A stretch of DNA of 64,000 bases from a virus. The stretch lies in the IMG/VR virus record IMGVR_UViG_3300025005_000002, positions 96,001 to 160,000 of that record; one strand, 5' to 3'. Under the pieces are notes generated by a model that did not search any database, was not told where the DNA came from, and saw only the letters and a program-made list of their open reading frames with translations. Made by a program: the position numbers and the translations under genes. This document shows, piece after piece, positions 47,231 to 56,186 of this stretch (the first letter of the stretch is position 1; each line of letters opens with the position of its first letter).

Positions 47231-48063
47231 TGGAAATATCTGGGTCAATGTTTATACACAATGCAATTAAGCAAGATTATTGTATTGAGGCAGTAGCCGC
47301 TAGTTTTTCTGATTTATGTGAGGAAGTGATTATCCTGGATGCGGAAAGTGATGATGATACTGTCGATTTATTATATGAGATAGCAAAAAAATATAATAAT
47401 GTTAAGGTTCATACTGGGGCAAAATGGGCATGCGAGAGACCTGGGCGTAGTGGGTATGATAGGTATGCAGTATTAGCTGATCAAGCCAGGGCTCTAACAA
47501 GACATCAAATACATTTTATGATACAAGCAGATGAGGTTTTGCACGAAGATTCAATTCCAATTATATATAATTCTTTAATTAGTGATCCAAGAACATCATA
47601 TGCAATTGCTAGGTATAATATATTCGGTAGTCCAGACAAATACTTAAGGTTTGATTCAAAACAACTTACTGGGCACGAACAGCCATGCAGTATTTGGCCA
47701 ATAAGGTTGGGCGATAGGGGGCTTGTTGCATTAGGGGATGCAGAGAGTATTACTCCTGGTAATAAGCCTGGTAGGTTACCCGTTGATGCGTGTTTATTCC
47801 ATTATTGCCATGTTAGAGATTTAAGGAAACAACTAGATAGGGTGTCGGCTATCCAAGATTGGTTCTTTAGTAATACCGGTAGTGGTGGGGAGGTTGATAA
47901 AAGGATAGTTGAGCAAAAAGCAACTACTGGGTATTTTGATGCTCGTGTGTGGTATCCAGATGATCGGTGTTTTATCCCAATCCCTAAACCGCATCCAAAA
48001 TGTGCATTACCATGGGTTGAAAAACAACGTAAGCAATTTGAGGAGATATTTGGCAATGGATAA
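47230..48063 (+). CDS. GT2-like glycosyltransferase (GT-A)
   Basis: VIILDAESDDDT, MIQADE (DxD-like), FHYCHV. Confidence 0.8.
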   Translation: MEISGSMFIHNAIKQDYCIEAVAASFSDLCEEVIILDAESDDDTVDLLYEIAKKYNNVKVHTGAKWACERPGRSGYDRYAVLADQARALTRHQIHFMIQADEVLHEDSIPIIYNSLISDPRTSYAIARYNIFGSPDKYLRFDSKQLTGHEQPCSIWPIRLGDRGLVALGDAESITPGNKPGRLPVDACLFHYCHVRDLRKQLDRVSAIQDWFFSNTGSGGEVDKRIVEQKATTGYFDARVWYPDDRCFIPIPKPHPKCALPWVEKQRKQFEEIFGNG

Positions 48064-48313
48064 AGTGAAGTTGTATTTCATTAGTTTGGGGTATGGTATT
48101 GCTAATTTTTTACGTGGATTAGATATTTTGGTTAATTCAATCTTGGGTGGAGATGGCAGGGAAACAATATCTAGTCGTCTTGGGAAGTATAGACATGGGC
48201 ATCCAGGAGTTGAGTTTGTAGCTAAGATTGTTGATAAAATATTCTTTTGGGAAAAAAATCATACCAACACACATGAAAATCCTACTGTGGGGGATAAACA
48301 GACGTGGAATTAA
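48056..48313 (+). CDS. hypothetical phage protein
   Basis: LDILVNSILGGD.RETISSRLGK motif; start moved to ATG 48056. Confidence 0.6.
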   Translation: MDKVKLYFISLGYGIANFLRGLDILVNSILGGDGRETISSRLGKYRHGHPGVEFVAKIVDKIFFWEKNHTNTHENPTVGDKQTWN

Positions 48314-48981
48314 TTGAGGTACTAGACCATGGATATATTAAATTATTGAGGGTAGATGGTACAGATAGGGATATTGAGAATAGCGCTCGTGCTAGTTTTA
48401 TAAAATCAGTAGATAAAGTGACGCCAGGATTTATTGAACGACTAGCTAAAGAAGGGCATTCTTCACCATTTCGTTGTGTTGGTCTGTGGTTTGAGATAAA
48501 GATGCCTGGTGCAGTAAAAAATCAATTTTATCGTCATGTGGTATCAAATGCTATTATAGATAGTCCTGTGTCTTGGAATGAGGTTTCATTTAGGGGGGTA
48601 CATAATGATATTGAATTTTATACACCGCATGTTAGAGCTGCTACTGGTAGGTGGGGACAGGGTGATGTTTTAAATAATGAGTTTGATATAGAATTTCAAA
48701 GAGATCTTAAAGATTTTTATACAAAAGGGTTAGATTATTATAATCGTTGGATTGTGAGGGGTGCATCTGCAGAACATGCTAGATCTTTTTTGCCTTTTTA
48801 TAATATATATACGGTTGTTAGGAGTAGGATGAGTTTAGAGGCAGCATGTCATTTCTATAAATTAAGGAGTGATTCTCATGCTCAACTTGAGATACAACAA
48901 TATGCTGCTGCTATAGATATTATATGTGGTAAGTACTTTCCTATTTCATGGGAGGCACTTAAAGCAGGTATAAAGAATTGA
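48304..48981 (+). CDS. thyX: FAD-dependent thymidylate synthase
   Basis: GHSSPF, QFYRH...SWNEVSFR, EHARSFLP, LRSDSHAQLEIQQYA. Confidence 0.9.
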   Translation: MELIEVLDHGYIKLLRVDGTDRDIENSARASFIKSVDKVTPGFIERLAKEGHSSPFRCVGLWFEIKMPGAVKNQFYRHVVSNAIIDSPVSWNEVSFRGVHNDIEFYTPHVRAATGRWGQGDVLNNEFDIEFQRDLKDFYTKGLDYYNRWIVRGASAEHARSFLPFYNIYTVVRSRMSLEAACHFYKLRSDSHAQLEIQQYAAAIDIICGKYFPISWEALKAGIKN

Positions 48982-50255
48982 GTTGTACTAATTGTCCTAA
49001 AAAGGCAACTTGTGAGAAAATATGTCCATATATTGAGGGGTTGTTATACTCACAGACTCATAATGTTTGCAAGTATAATAATGGTGGATGTTATTATGAC
49101 GTAGGAACTGAATGTACTGTCAATAATCCTGATGGTCTTTATCAAAATTATGATGGTGAGTATGGGACCTGTAATGAAACTAGGTGTTCTAAATTTAATG
49201 GGTGTGCATTTGGGTATTCTTGTTGGACTACGGGATGTAATGTTAGCACGTGTGAAAATTATGATCCGATAGAAAAGGGTCAGGTGTTTAAATTTGGTGT
49301 TGAAAATGGGTTTAGGAAAGAGATAGCATACGATTCGGGTGCCCTAGATATAATTAAGCATAAGTTGACTAATTATTTTGATTTAGATCGGGATGAAGAG
49401 CAAGTTGAGGTACCTATTGGTAATATAGAAGATATTGTACATGTTGCTGGATTGGATTGTAGATCTTGTAAACTTAGGAATAAGTGTAATGCTTTAAAAT
49501 TGTGCAAAAAGATGGCGGCTATTTTAACTACTGCTATTGTCGATAATATTGAGGGAGAATTTGAAAATATGAAGGTTAAAATCTTGTCTGGGTCTAAGTA
49601 TGTTACACCAGAGATTAGACTTAAACTTATTAAATTGCTTAAATGTGAGAAATTTTTATCAAAAAGACAGAGGGATGTATTGTGGTTGCATTATATAGAG
49701 GGAGTACCTCAAAAGGATATAAAGGATATCCTTTCAGCGTATAGGTGTTCTAGTGAGAATTGTGTATTCTTTAGTCCTAAAAAAGTTGATGTATGCCCTA
49801 GGTGTGGGGCCAATGAATTTATTCATACTAATATCACATCACAAGCAGTAAATAGGTATATTAAATGGGGGTTGTCAAATATACGTAAAAAGTTTTTGAT
49901 TGACCTAGATATGTTTGATACTCCGGAGTATAATAAGGAGTGTGTGGTGTGTGGGAAACCATTTAAGACGAAATATAAACATCAACAATTTTGTATCGAG
50001 GAATGTAGGGTTAAGTTATATACTAAGAAACGTAGGGATGTGCGTAGGAAAAGGAGAACCCTAGCACGTAAAAGTAAGGTAAAACAAATTGTCAAGCAGA
50101 GAAAGTGTGCCAATCCGGATTGTGGCATAATATTTACACCTAAACCATTTCAGATATATCACTCTAAGAGTTGTAGGTTGAGGGTAACTAGAACAAATTA
50201 TATAATACATATCCCAAATATCCATGATGTTGGTGGTAGGATTAAAAGACGTTAA
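48978..50255 (+). CDS. Cys-rich protein with sigma region-4-like HTH
   Basis: LSKRQRDVLWLHYIEGVPQKDI...ITSQAVNRYIKWGLSNIRK; about 29 Cys by my count. Confidence 0.55.
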   Translation: MSCTNCPKKATCEKICPYIEGLLYSQTHNVCKYNNGGCYYDVGTECTVNNPDGLYQNYDGEYGTCNETRCSKFNGCAFGYSCWTTGCNVSTCENYDPIEKGQVFKFGVENGFRKEIAYDSGALDIIKHKLTNYFDLDRDEEQVEVPIGNIEDIVHVAGLDCRSCKLRNKCNALKLCKKMAAILTTAIVDNIEGEFENMKVKILSGSKYVTPEIRLKLIKLLKCEKFLSKRQRDVLWLHYIEGVPQKDIKDILSAYRCSSENCVFFSPKKVDVCPRCGANEFIHTNITSQAVNRYIKWGLSNIRKKFLIDLDMFDTPEYNKECVVCGKPFKTKYKHQQFCIEECRVKLYTKKRRDVRRKRRTLARKSKVKQIVKQRKCANPDCGIIFTPKPFQIYHSKSCRLRVTRTNYIIHIPNIHDVGGRIKRR

Positions 50256-50314
50256 TCCAATTTACGTATATACAATAATATATATTTGTTTAAAAAACAT
50301 AAGAAGTAAATTTA

Positions 50315-50893
50315 ATGAGGTGGCTAATGAGTGTTCCTTCTATTGAGGTCCGTGATCTTATTTGGGATATGGCCCTAAAATTAAGGCCTTCATATGTTAT
50401 AGCACGGGAGTTGGGATTAGATATTACCGATGTTATTGATGTTGTGGCCCAGTATCGTATTGCTCTAGATAAGAAAATTCAAGATAATCCTGACCTATTA
50501 GACCGTAAATTGGCCAATATATTTGGGCAATTAGAAGAGTTGGATTTGGTTAAGAAGGAAGCATGGGCTACATATGAAGGTATCCCGTCAGATAATACTA
50601 ATTCTAAAGCCAAATTGTTAAAATTGATTACTGATGTTGAAGCCCAGCGTAGCCAAATCCTTCAATTACTTGGTAGTGATAAGGATGCAATTACAAGATT
50701 ACAATTAGCCCAGTCTACACAAAATCAATTTGTCAATATTGTTAAGGGTGTTGTGTCTGGATGCCCCAAATGTCTGGAGGGACTTAAGCGGGCATTACAG
50801 TCTGGACGCGTTAAGATAGTCATAGAAGATACTCGGCCAGTAAATGTTGTAGAAACTGAATTAATTAATGCACTTCCATTAGAGAATAATTAA
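50315..50893 (+). CDS. putative terminase small subunit
   Basis: N-terminal HTH (SYVIARELGLDITDV), helical body, directly upstream of and coupled to terL. Confidence 0.6.
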   Translation: MRWLMSVPSIEVRDLIWDMALKLRPSYVIARELGLDITDVIDVVAQYRIALDKKIQDNPDLLDRKLANIFGQLEELDLVKKEAWATYEGIPSDNTNSKAKLLKLITDVEAQRSQILQLLGSDKDAITRLQLAQSTQNQFVNIVKGVVSGCPKCLEGLKRALQSGRVKIVIEDTRPVNVVETELINALPLENN

Positions 50894-53847
50894 TGGAAGG
50901 TAATAATAATGGTAATTTTTATACTTCATTGGATCAATTAGCCAATGATTTTGTGGAGTATGCTGATGCGGACGTGCGGGCCAGATATAGAGATAATCCA
51001 CTAGAATATTTTAAAAAATTTCATGGGTTTATTCTCCCGCCTATCTTAGATTGGATATTTCGTAAAATATATGATATGGCCAAAGATTCAGTTGATAATG
51101 GTGTACGTTCTAATGGTCTTGATATTATCATATGTGCAGCTCGAGGAAGTGGTAAGTCGTTGTTTGCATCGATGCTTGAGTTTGCGTTGTGGTATTTTTT
51201 GGATTCTGATTGTCTAAATGCCGCTGGATCGCTCCATAAAGATACTGCAATTATTACAAATCGCGGTAGTGTCCCAATCAGTGATGTGGTGGTAGGTGAT
51301 ATGGTCGTGTGTTCTGATGGTAGATGGCACAATGTGCTTGGGAGATCGGTAACAAATATTGGTACGCCATGGGTTCAATTAAGAGTATTTGGTAGTAATA
51401 TACCAACGATTTTAACTGTTGATCATAAAGTTTTGACACAGCGTGGGTTTGTCTCGGCAGGAGAACTAACGCAGGCTGATTATGTTATCCTTCAAGGGAA
51501 CAAAGAACAAACATATATACCGACAATTGAATGGGATATCCCAAATAATTGTTCGGGTAAATATAGAATTAAATTGAATAAATTAATGAATATGTCATTT
51601 CATGAACCAGATTTTTATAGGTTGATTGGGTATTATTTGGCTGAGGGTTGTTCTGGGGGTAGCAATAGTTTGGGTAAAAATCATGGAAGTATTGTTTTTA
51701 GTCTGTCAGCTGATAATGATGGTGATATCATAGCAGACCTTAAGACATTAATCCCGAGATATATGCTTTGTGATGTTAAGATCGAAGAACGCCCACTCAA
51801 ACGTGAGTCTGTTACAATGGTTCGTTGTGCTAGTCCGGCTTTTAGAAATTTTTTTGGTCAGTTTGGGGCAGATGCTATGCACAAGAAATTACCGTATGAA
51901 TGGTTGGCCATGGATAATGAATATATTAGACAATTGGTGCGTGGTATGTGGTTGGGAGATGGACATATTAGAAGGACTAAAAATTTGTGGAATTATGAGA
52001 GATCTGAAGCTGGGTATACTACAACATCACAACAATTAGCAATATGGGTTAGAATGGCTTTGGCTAAACTTGGTATAGCAAGTTCTATATCTAAACAAAA
52101 AGTACCGTCAATTAATATGGCATCAACTAAGAAATTTAAAAATACCCAACCATATAGGTATAATATAAGTGTTTATGGGTCTGCTTTTTATAAGTTGATG
52201 ACAGAAGTATTAAATAAAGATGTTAGCTGGGTGTGGAATAGGACAGATAAACCATATGATGTATTTGGGTATGAAAAATCGAGGTGTGATGGAGACAAAA
52301 TATTATACAAAGTAAAATCGGTTGTACTATTAGAAGAATGTTTTGATCATTATGATATTCAGGTAGAAGGTATCCATGATTTTTGTACATTAAATGGTGT
52401 TGTGCATAATTCTGAAGACCAGGCATCAATTGTTTATTCGTATACATGTTCTTATATTGACAATGATGCAAAAGTATCTAGCGTTGTTGATAAACGTACT
52501 ATATCTGTCACCAATAAAAAGGGGCCTGCTCCTACGCCAGTTTTGAAATGTTTGACTAGTTCACCTAAGAGCTTGCGAGGCCACCATCCGGGAGCATTGC
52601 GTAAAGCCCCCGGATTGTTGGTCTTGGATGAAGCGGCAGAAATTGTTGATGGGCTAATGAAGCAGGCATTGCCGATGACTAAAGAAGCAAGGCCTCCTTT
52701 TAACTTGATTATCTCAACGTTTCATCATGCGTTTGGTGATTTCCAGGATTTTTGGGATAATGCTGAGGCTCGTGGATTCCTGAAAATTTCTATGGATTCG
52801 TTTGATGTGTGTGAAAAATGCATCGATGATTGTACTAAATGTATACCAGAATTTGATGAAACTTATTGTCAATTGATATGTGGATGTTATTTTAATTTTG
52901 AGATCCCACGTGAGCAATTACCTATGTGGGTGCGATTCCATTACCAGGAGCGACTTGATGAGACGAGACTTGATCAAAAACCAGCAAATTGTATATATCC
53001 AAAGTTATGTAATGAGTGTCCACAGAGAGAAACATGTGGAGCAATTAAAGTAAAGATTAAGCAGCCTGGAGACTTTGGTAGAATATGTGAAAAATGTGGT
53101 GAAAAGGTAGACCATAAGGCTAGACGTAGTGCTGGGCACTTTCCAGTTGAAGAAGTGCGTAAAGCTTGGAAACGTAATGATAAAACTACATTTGAAGTTG
53201 AGTATATGGGCTGGCGTCCAGGTCGTGGTATTTTTGTTCTTGACCCATATGAGATTGATAAGGCCATAGTACCAGATGAACAGTGTTATTATAAAAGGGG
53301 ATTTGGTTCTACATTTTTGGGGATTGACTGGGGTGCCGCTGGTACTACAGCTATGGCGGTAGTGCAGTATATGACGGACGAATTTGTTAATATTATCGCG
53401 TATCATTCGTTAAATGCTCCATCAGATACTGATTGTTATCAGCTTGTTGCAGACCTATCTAAGCAATATGGTATATCAATGGTGTTACCAGATAGTTCGC
53501 ATGTGTTCCAAAATATGCATATGCAAAAAGAATTGGGATTAGTGGTTAATCCAATTAATTTTACTGTTCAGAAGGAAGCAGGAGTTGGGGCTATGCGTAT
53601 GAAGTTTGAACGTAGACAGGTAAGAATACCAGAGCGATATCGGCAGACTTTATGTAAAGATTTAAAGAATTGGCGTAGAGATGCGAGTGGTAATATAATT
53701 AAGAAGAATGATCATGGTCCAGATGCATTGTTGTGTGCAATGATTAATAGTACATCGTTTGGTTCGGCTGCAACGTACTTTACTGGAGATAATGAAGAAA
53801 AGGTTAGAAAGACCTATTATGATCGCTGGGATCAATCAATATTTTAA
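50893..53847 (+). CDS. terL: terminase large subunit with intein
   Basis: AARGSGKS Walker A, LVLDEA Walker B, ISTF coupling motif, nuclease GIDWG ... DHGPDAL. Confidence 0.9.
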   Translation: MEGNNNGNFYTSLDQLANDFVEYADADVRARYRDNPLEYFKKFHGFILPPILDWIFRKIYDMAKDSVDNGVRSNGLDIIICAARGSGKSLFASMLEFALWYFLDSDCLNAAGSLHKDTAIITNRGSVPISDVVVGDMVVCSDGRWHNVLGRSVTNIGTPWVQLRVFGSNIPTILTVDHKVLTQRGFVSAGELTQADYVILQGNKEQTYIPTIEWDIPNNCSGKYRIKLNKLMNMSFHEPDFYRLIGYYLAEGCSGGSNSLGKNHGSIVFSLSADNDGDIIADLKTLIPRYMLCDVKIEERPLKRESVTMVRCASPAFRNFFGQFGADAMHKKLPYEWLAMDNEYIRQLVRGMWLGDGHIRRTKNLWNYERSEAGYTTTSQQLAIWVRMALAKLGIASSISKQKVPSINMASTKKFKNTQPYRYNISVYGSAFYKLMTEVLNKDVSWVWNRTDKPYDVFGYEKSRCDGDKILYKVKSVVLLEECFDHYDIQVEGIHDFCTLNGVVHNSEDQASIVYSYTCSYIDNDAKVSSVVDKRTISVTNKKGPAPTPVLKCLTSSPKSLRGHHPGALRKAPGLLVLDEAAEIVDGLMKQALPMTKEARPPFNLIISTFHHAFGDFQDFWDNAEARGFLKISMDSFDVCEKCIDDCTKCIPEFDETYCQLICGCYFNFEIPREQLPMWVRFHYQERLDETRLDQKPANCIYPKLCNECPQRETCGAIKVKIKQPGDFGRICEKCGEKVDHKARRSAGHFPVEEVRKAWKRNDKTTFEVEYMGWRPGRGIFVLDPYEIDKAIVPDEQCYYKRGFGSTFLGIDWGAAGTTAMAVVQYMTDEFVNIIAYHSLNAPSDTDCYQLVADLSKQYGISMVLPDSSHVFQNMHMQKELGLVVNPINFTVQKEAGVGAMRMKFERRQVRIPERYRQTLCKDLKNWRRDASGNIIKKNDHGPDALLCAMINSTSFGSAATYFTGDNEEKVRKTYYDRWDQSIF
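51229..52410 (+). mobile_element. 394-aa LAGLIDADG intein starting with Ser
   Basis: NAAG|SLHKDTAII ... LTVDHKVLT ... YYLAEG / GMWLGDG ... YDIQVEGIHDF..NGVVHN|SEDQA. Confidence 0.9.
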
Positions 53848-53861
53848 AATTGGAGGATGTT

Positions 53862-54143
53862 ATGAGTGGTGAATTGATTTGCCAGAATGAGAATTGTGCT
53901 AAGACGTTTATTCCTATGTTTGAGGGACAACTTTATTGCACCAAGAAATGTAAACGTGCTCGTATAATGAGGCGTAATAGAGGGAAAAAGAATGCAAATG
54001 TTTACAGTGCTAGGATCGCAGATACTAAGATATGTCAGCATTGTCAAAAGGTTATACAACGTGATCCAAAGACACCAGATTACCAGTGGGAAATGCAAAA
54101 GTATCATAAGAAATGTTATGAAGGCATACATACGATAGCCTGA
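53862..54143 (+). CDS. small zinc-binding protein
   Basis: CQNENC...YCTKKC and CQHC...HKKC; GGAGG RBS. Confidence 0.65.
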   Translation: MSGELICQNENCAKTFIPMFEGQLYCTKKCKRARIMRRNRGKKNANVYSARIADTKICQHCQKVIQRDPKTPDYQWEMQKYHKKCYEGIHTIA

Positions 54144-56186
54144 TTGGAGGACGAGATGGGACTAATAAATCGATTGTTTGGTTCTGCAAAATTAGAGGAG
54201 TCACTTATTGAGGTAGAATCAACAGTGGGTCATTTAGAAAGAACTGTTGATGCTGCAAGAGAAATACATGAATCGGCTATGATCAATATGCTAAATGATT
54301 TGGAATCGGAGAATGCTGGGTGGCGCAATATCGGTACAGCTAACGATTCTATTAGAGACTTTACTACTGACACTCATAGAGAATTGAGTAGAATGGCGTG
54401 GTCAGCGGTTATGACCAATCCAATTGCTGCTCGTGAAATTTTTTATAAGACAGTATTTGTGGCTGGTAAGGGACTGCGTTGTACTTCACAGATTCCAGAG
54501 ATTACAAAGGTTTTAGATGAGTTCTGGACTGCAACACGTAATAAAATTCCTTATTATTTCCCTATGTATATTAACCGGTACAATATTGATGGTGAATGTT
54601 TTTTTGCGTTATTTATAGAGAAACAAAGTGGAAAAGTTACACTTAGGGATATTGAACCACAGGAAATTACAGAAATCTTGTATGACCCCGATGATATCGC
54701 TGTTCCTGTTTATTTCAGGCGTCAGTTTTGTAAGACTAGTGGGGCAAAAGGTACAAACCAAAGTACAGAGACGAAGGATATTTGGTATAAGAGTGTGGAT
54801 TGTATACAACACCCACAGTTGGAAAAAGAAGTAAGATTACCAGATAATGCAGAGGTTGCGGGGAATGACGAGAAGAATATAGATATATTTATTTTCCATT
54901 TTAAGAATAGCTTACTTACAAATAGGCGACGTGGACTTTCTACATTAACTAATCATCTGCCTTGGTTACGTGAATATAAGGATATCCTTAGAATGCGTAC
55001 TGGTATTAATAAGGCGCGATCAACATTTTTCCTTGATGTTACTATGAAGAACGCGACTAAATTACAGATTCAGGAAGAATCTAAGAAACATACATCTCCA
55101 CCAAGGCCAAACACTTGTGTTGTTCATGGTGACGATGTTATATATTCATTTATGACACCAAATGTAGCTGGTACCGATGTGGCGTCCGACCTAACAGAGA
55201 TTAAGAATATGTCGGCTGTTGGATCTATGTTGCCACCAGATTTGCTTGGAGAATCAGGCAAGTCAAATTATCAAAATTCTGGGAGAAGTAAATTTCCATT
55301 TGTGCGGTCTATGGAATTTCAGCAAGAATTATGGGAGTATGCACTTAAGTATGGTATTATGTGGGTTGTAGTGTGGGCAGCTACTGAGTATGGTGAGTTA
55401 CCAGGATCTTTTAAGGTAGCCAAGAAGTTGAATATCTCTTCATTAGCGCTTACACAAGAAGGTGATTTATATGATATAAATACTATGGCCATACAAAATG
55501 AGAAGGTAACTAAGGTTGTTAAGCAGCACATTAAGAATCTATTAGAGGCTGCAGCGGTTGCTCCTACTGATGTCACTGGTGCACCAGCTCCAATGCAGCA
55601 AATGCCTGGGGTACCTACACCACAGGGGCAACCAATTCCTGGTGGAGACCCAGCTAAAGCTGAAGGTGCAATGGATGATTATGTTATTATAACAATGAGT
55701 GAAGAAGTTGATGCAGTAGATTTGGTTGATGTTCAATTCCCAAGGATTGATACTGAGAATCTTGGTGATATGGCGATGGCGTTCCAAGCGTTTGATGCTA
55801 TGAAGATTGTGTCCAAGCGTACACTTGCTAAACTTGCTGGGTTCGACTATGAGAAGGAAAAGGAATTAGTTGCACAAGAGACTGCTGAAGCGATGAAGAC
55901 TATGGAAGATCAGCAGGCTAAATTAGCAGGTAATCCAGCATTGGGTGGTGGTGTTAATCCGATGCCTGGTGGCCCAAACCAAACAGATATAAATAGTCCT
56001 GGTACCCCTGGATTTGGTGGTGCGCCGCCACAACCTCCAGCTGCCAATTCGGCTGGCAATATCCAGGCAGTATTGGCTGACATATTAAACCGTCCAGGTA
56101 GGGCTAAGAAGCGTGGACCAATTAATGAATCACGTTTAATGGTAGCACATAAGTTAGTAGAGGCATTTTTGGTGGAGGATAAATAG
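54144..56186 (+). CDS. portal protein with Pro/Gly-rich insert and tail
   Basis: Follows terL; DGECF...IEPQEI, RRGLSTL...PWL..YK..L..R pattern of phage portals; start may be ATG 54156. Confidence 0.7.
   Translation: MEDEMGLINRLFGSAKLEESLIEVESTVGHLERTVDAAREIHESAMINMLNDLESENAGWRNIGTANDSIRDFTTDTHRELSRMAWSAVMTNPIAAREIFYKTVFVAGKGLRCTSQIPEITKVLDEFWTATRNKIPYYFPMYINRYNIDGECFFALFIEKQSGKVTLRDIEPQEITEILYDPDDIAVPVYFRRQFCKTSGAKGTNQSTETKDIWYKSVDCIQHPQLEKEVRLPDNAEVAGNDEKNIDIFIFHFKNSLLTNRRRGLSTLTNHLPWLREYKDILRMRTGINKARSTFFLDVTMKNATKLQIQEESKKHTSPPRPNTCVVHGDDVIYSFMTPNVAGTDVASDLTEIKNMSAVGSMLPPDLLGESGKSNYQNSGRSKFPFVRSMEFQQELWEYALKYGIMWVVVWAATEYGELPGSFKVAKKLNISSLALTQEGDLYDINTMAIQNEKVTKVVKQHIKNLLEAAAVAPTDVTGAPAPMQQMPGVPTPQGQPIPGGDPAKAEGAMDDYVIITMSEEVDAVDLVDVQFPRIDTENLGDMAMAFQAFDAMKIVSKRTLAKLAGFDYEKEKELVAQETAEAMKTMEDQQAKLAGNPALGGGVNPMPGGPNQTDINSPGTPGFGGAPPQPPAANSAGNIQAVLADILNRPGRAKKRGPINESRLMVAHKLVEAFLVEDK

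Noticed and set aside
46868-48313. Lysis cassette (holin/spanin) for the membrane ORFs at 46868 and 48056
   Set aside because: No endolysin is recognisable nearby; left as hypothetical.
14078-50279. Shared phage promoter motif GTATA(C/T)ACAATAA at 14078 and 50266 (weaker at 2954)
   Set aside because: Only two or three short matches in an AT-rich genome; cannot be separated from chance without motif statistics or TSS data.
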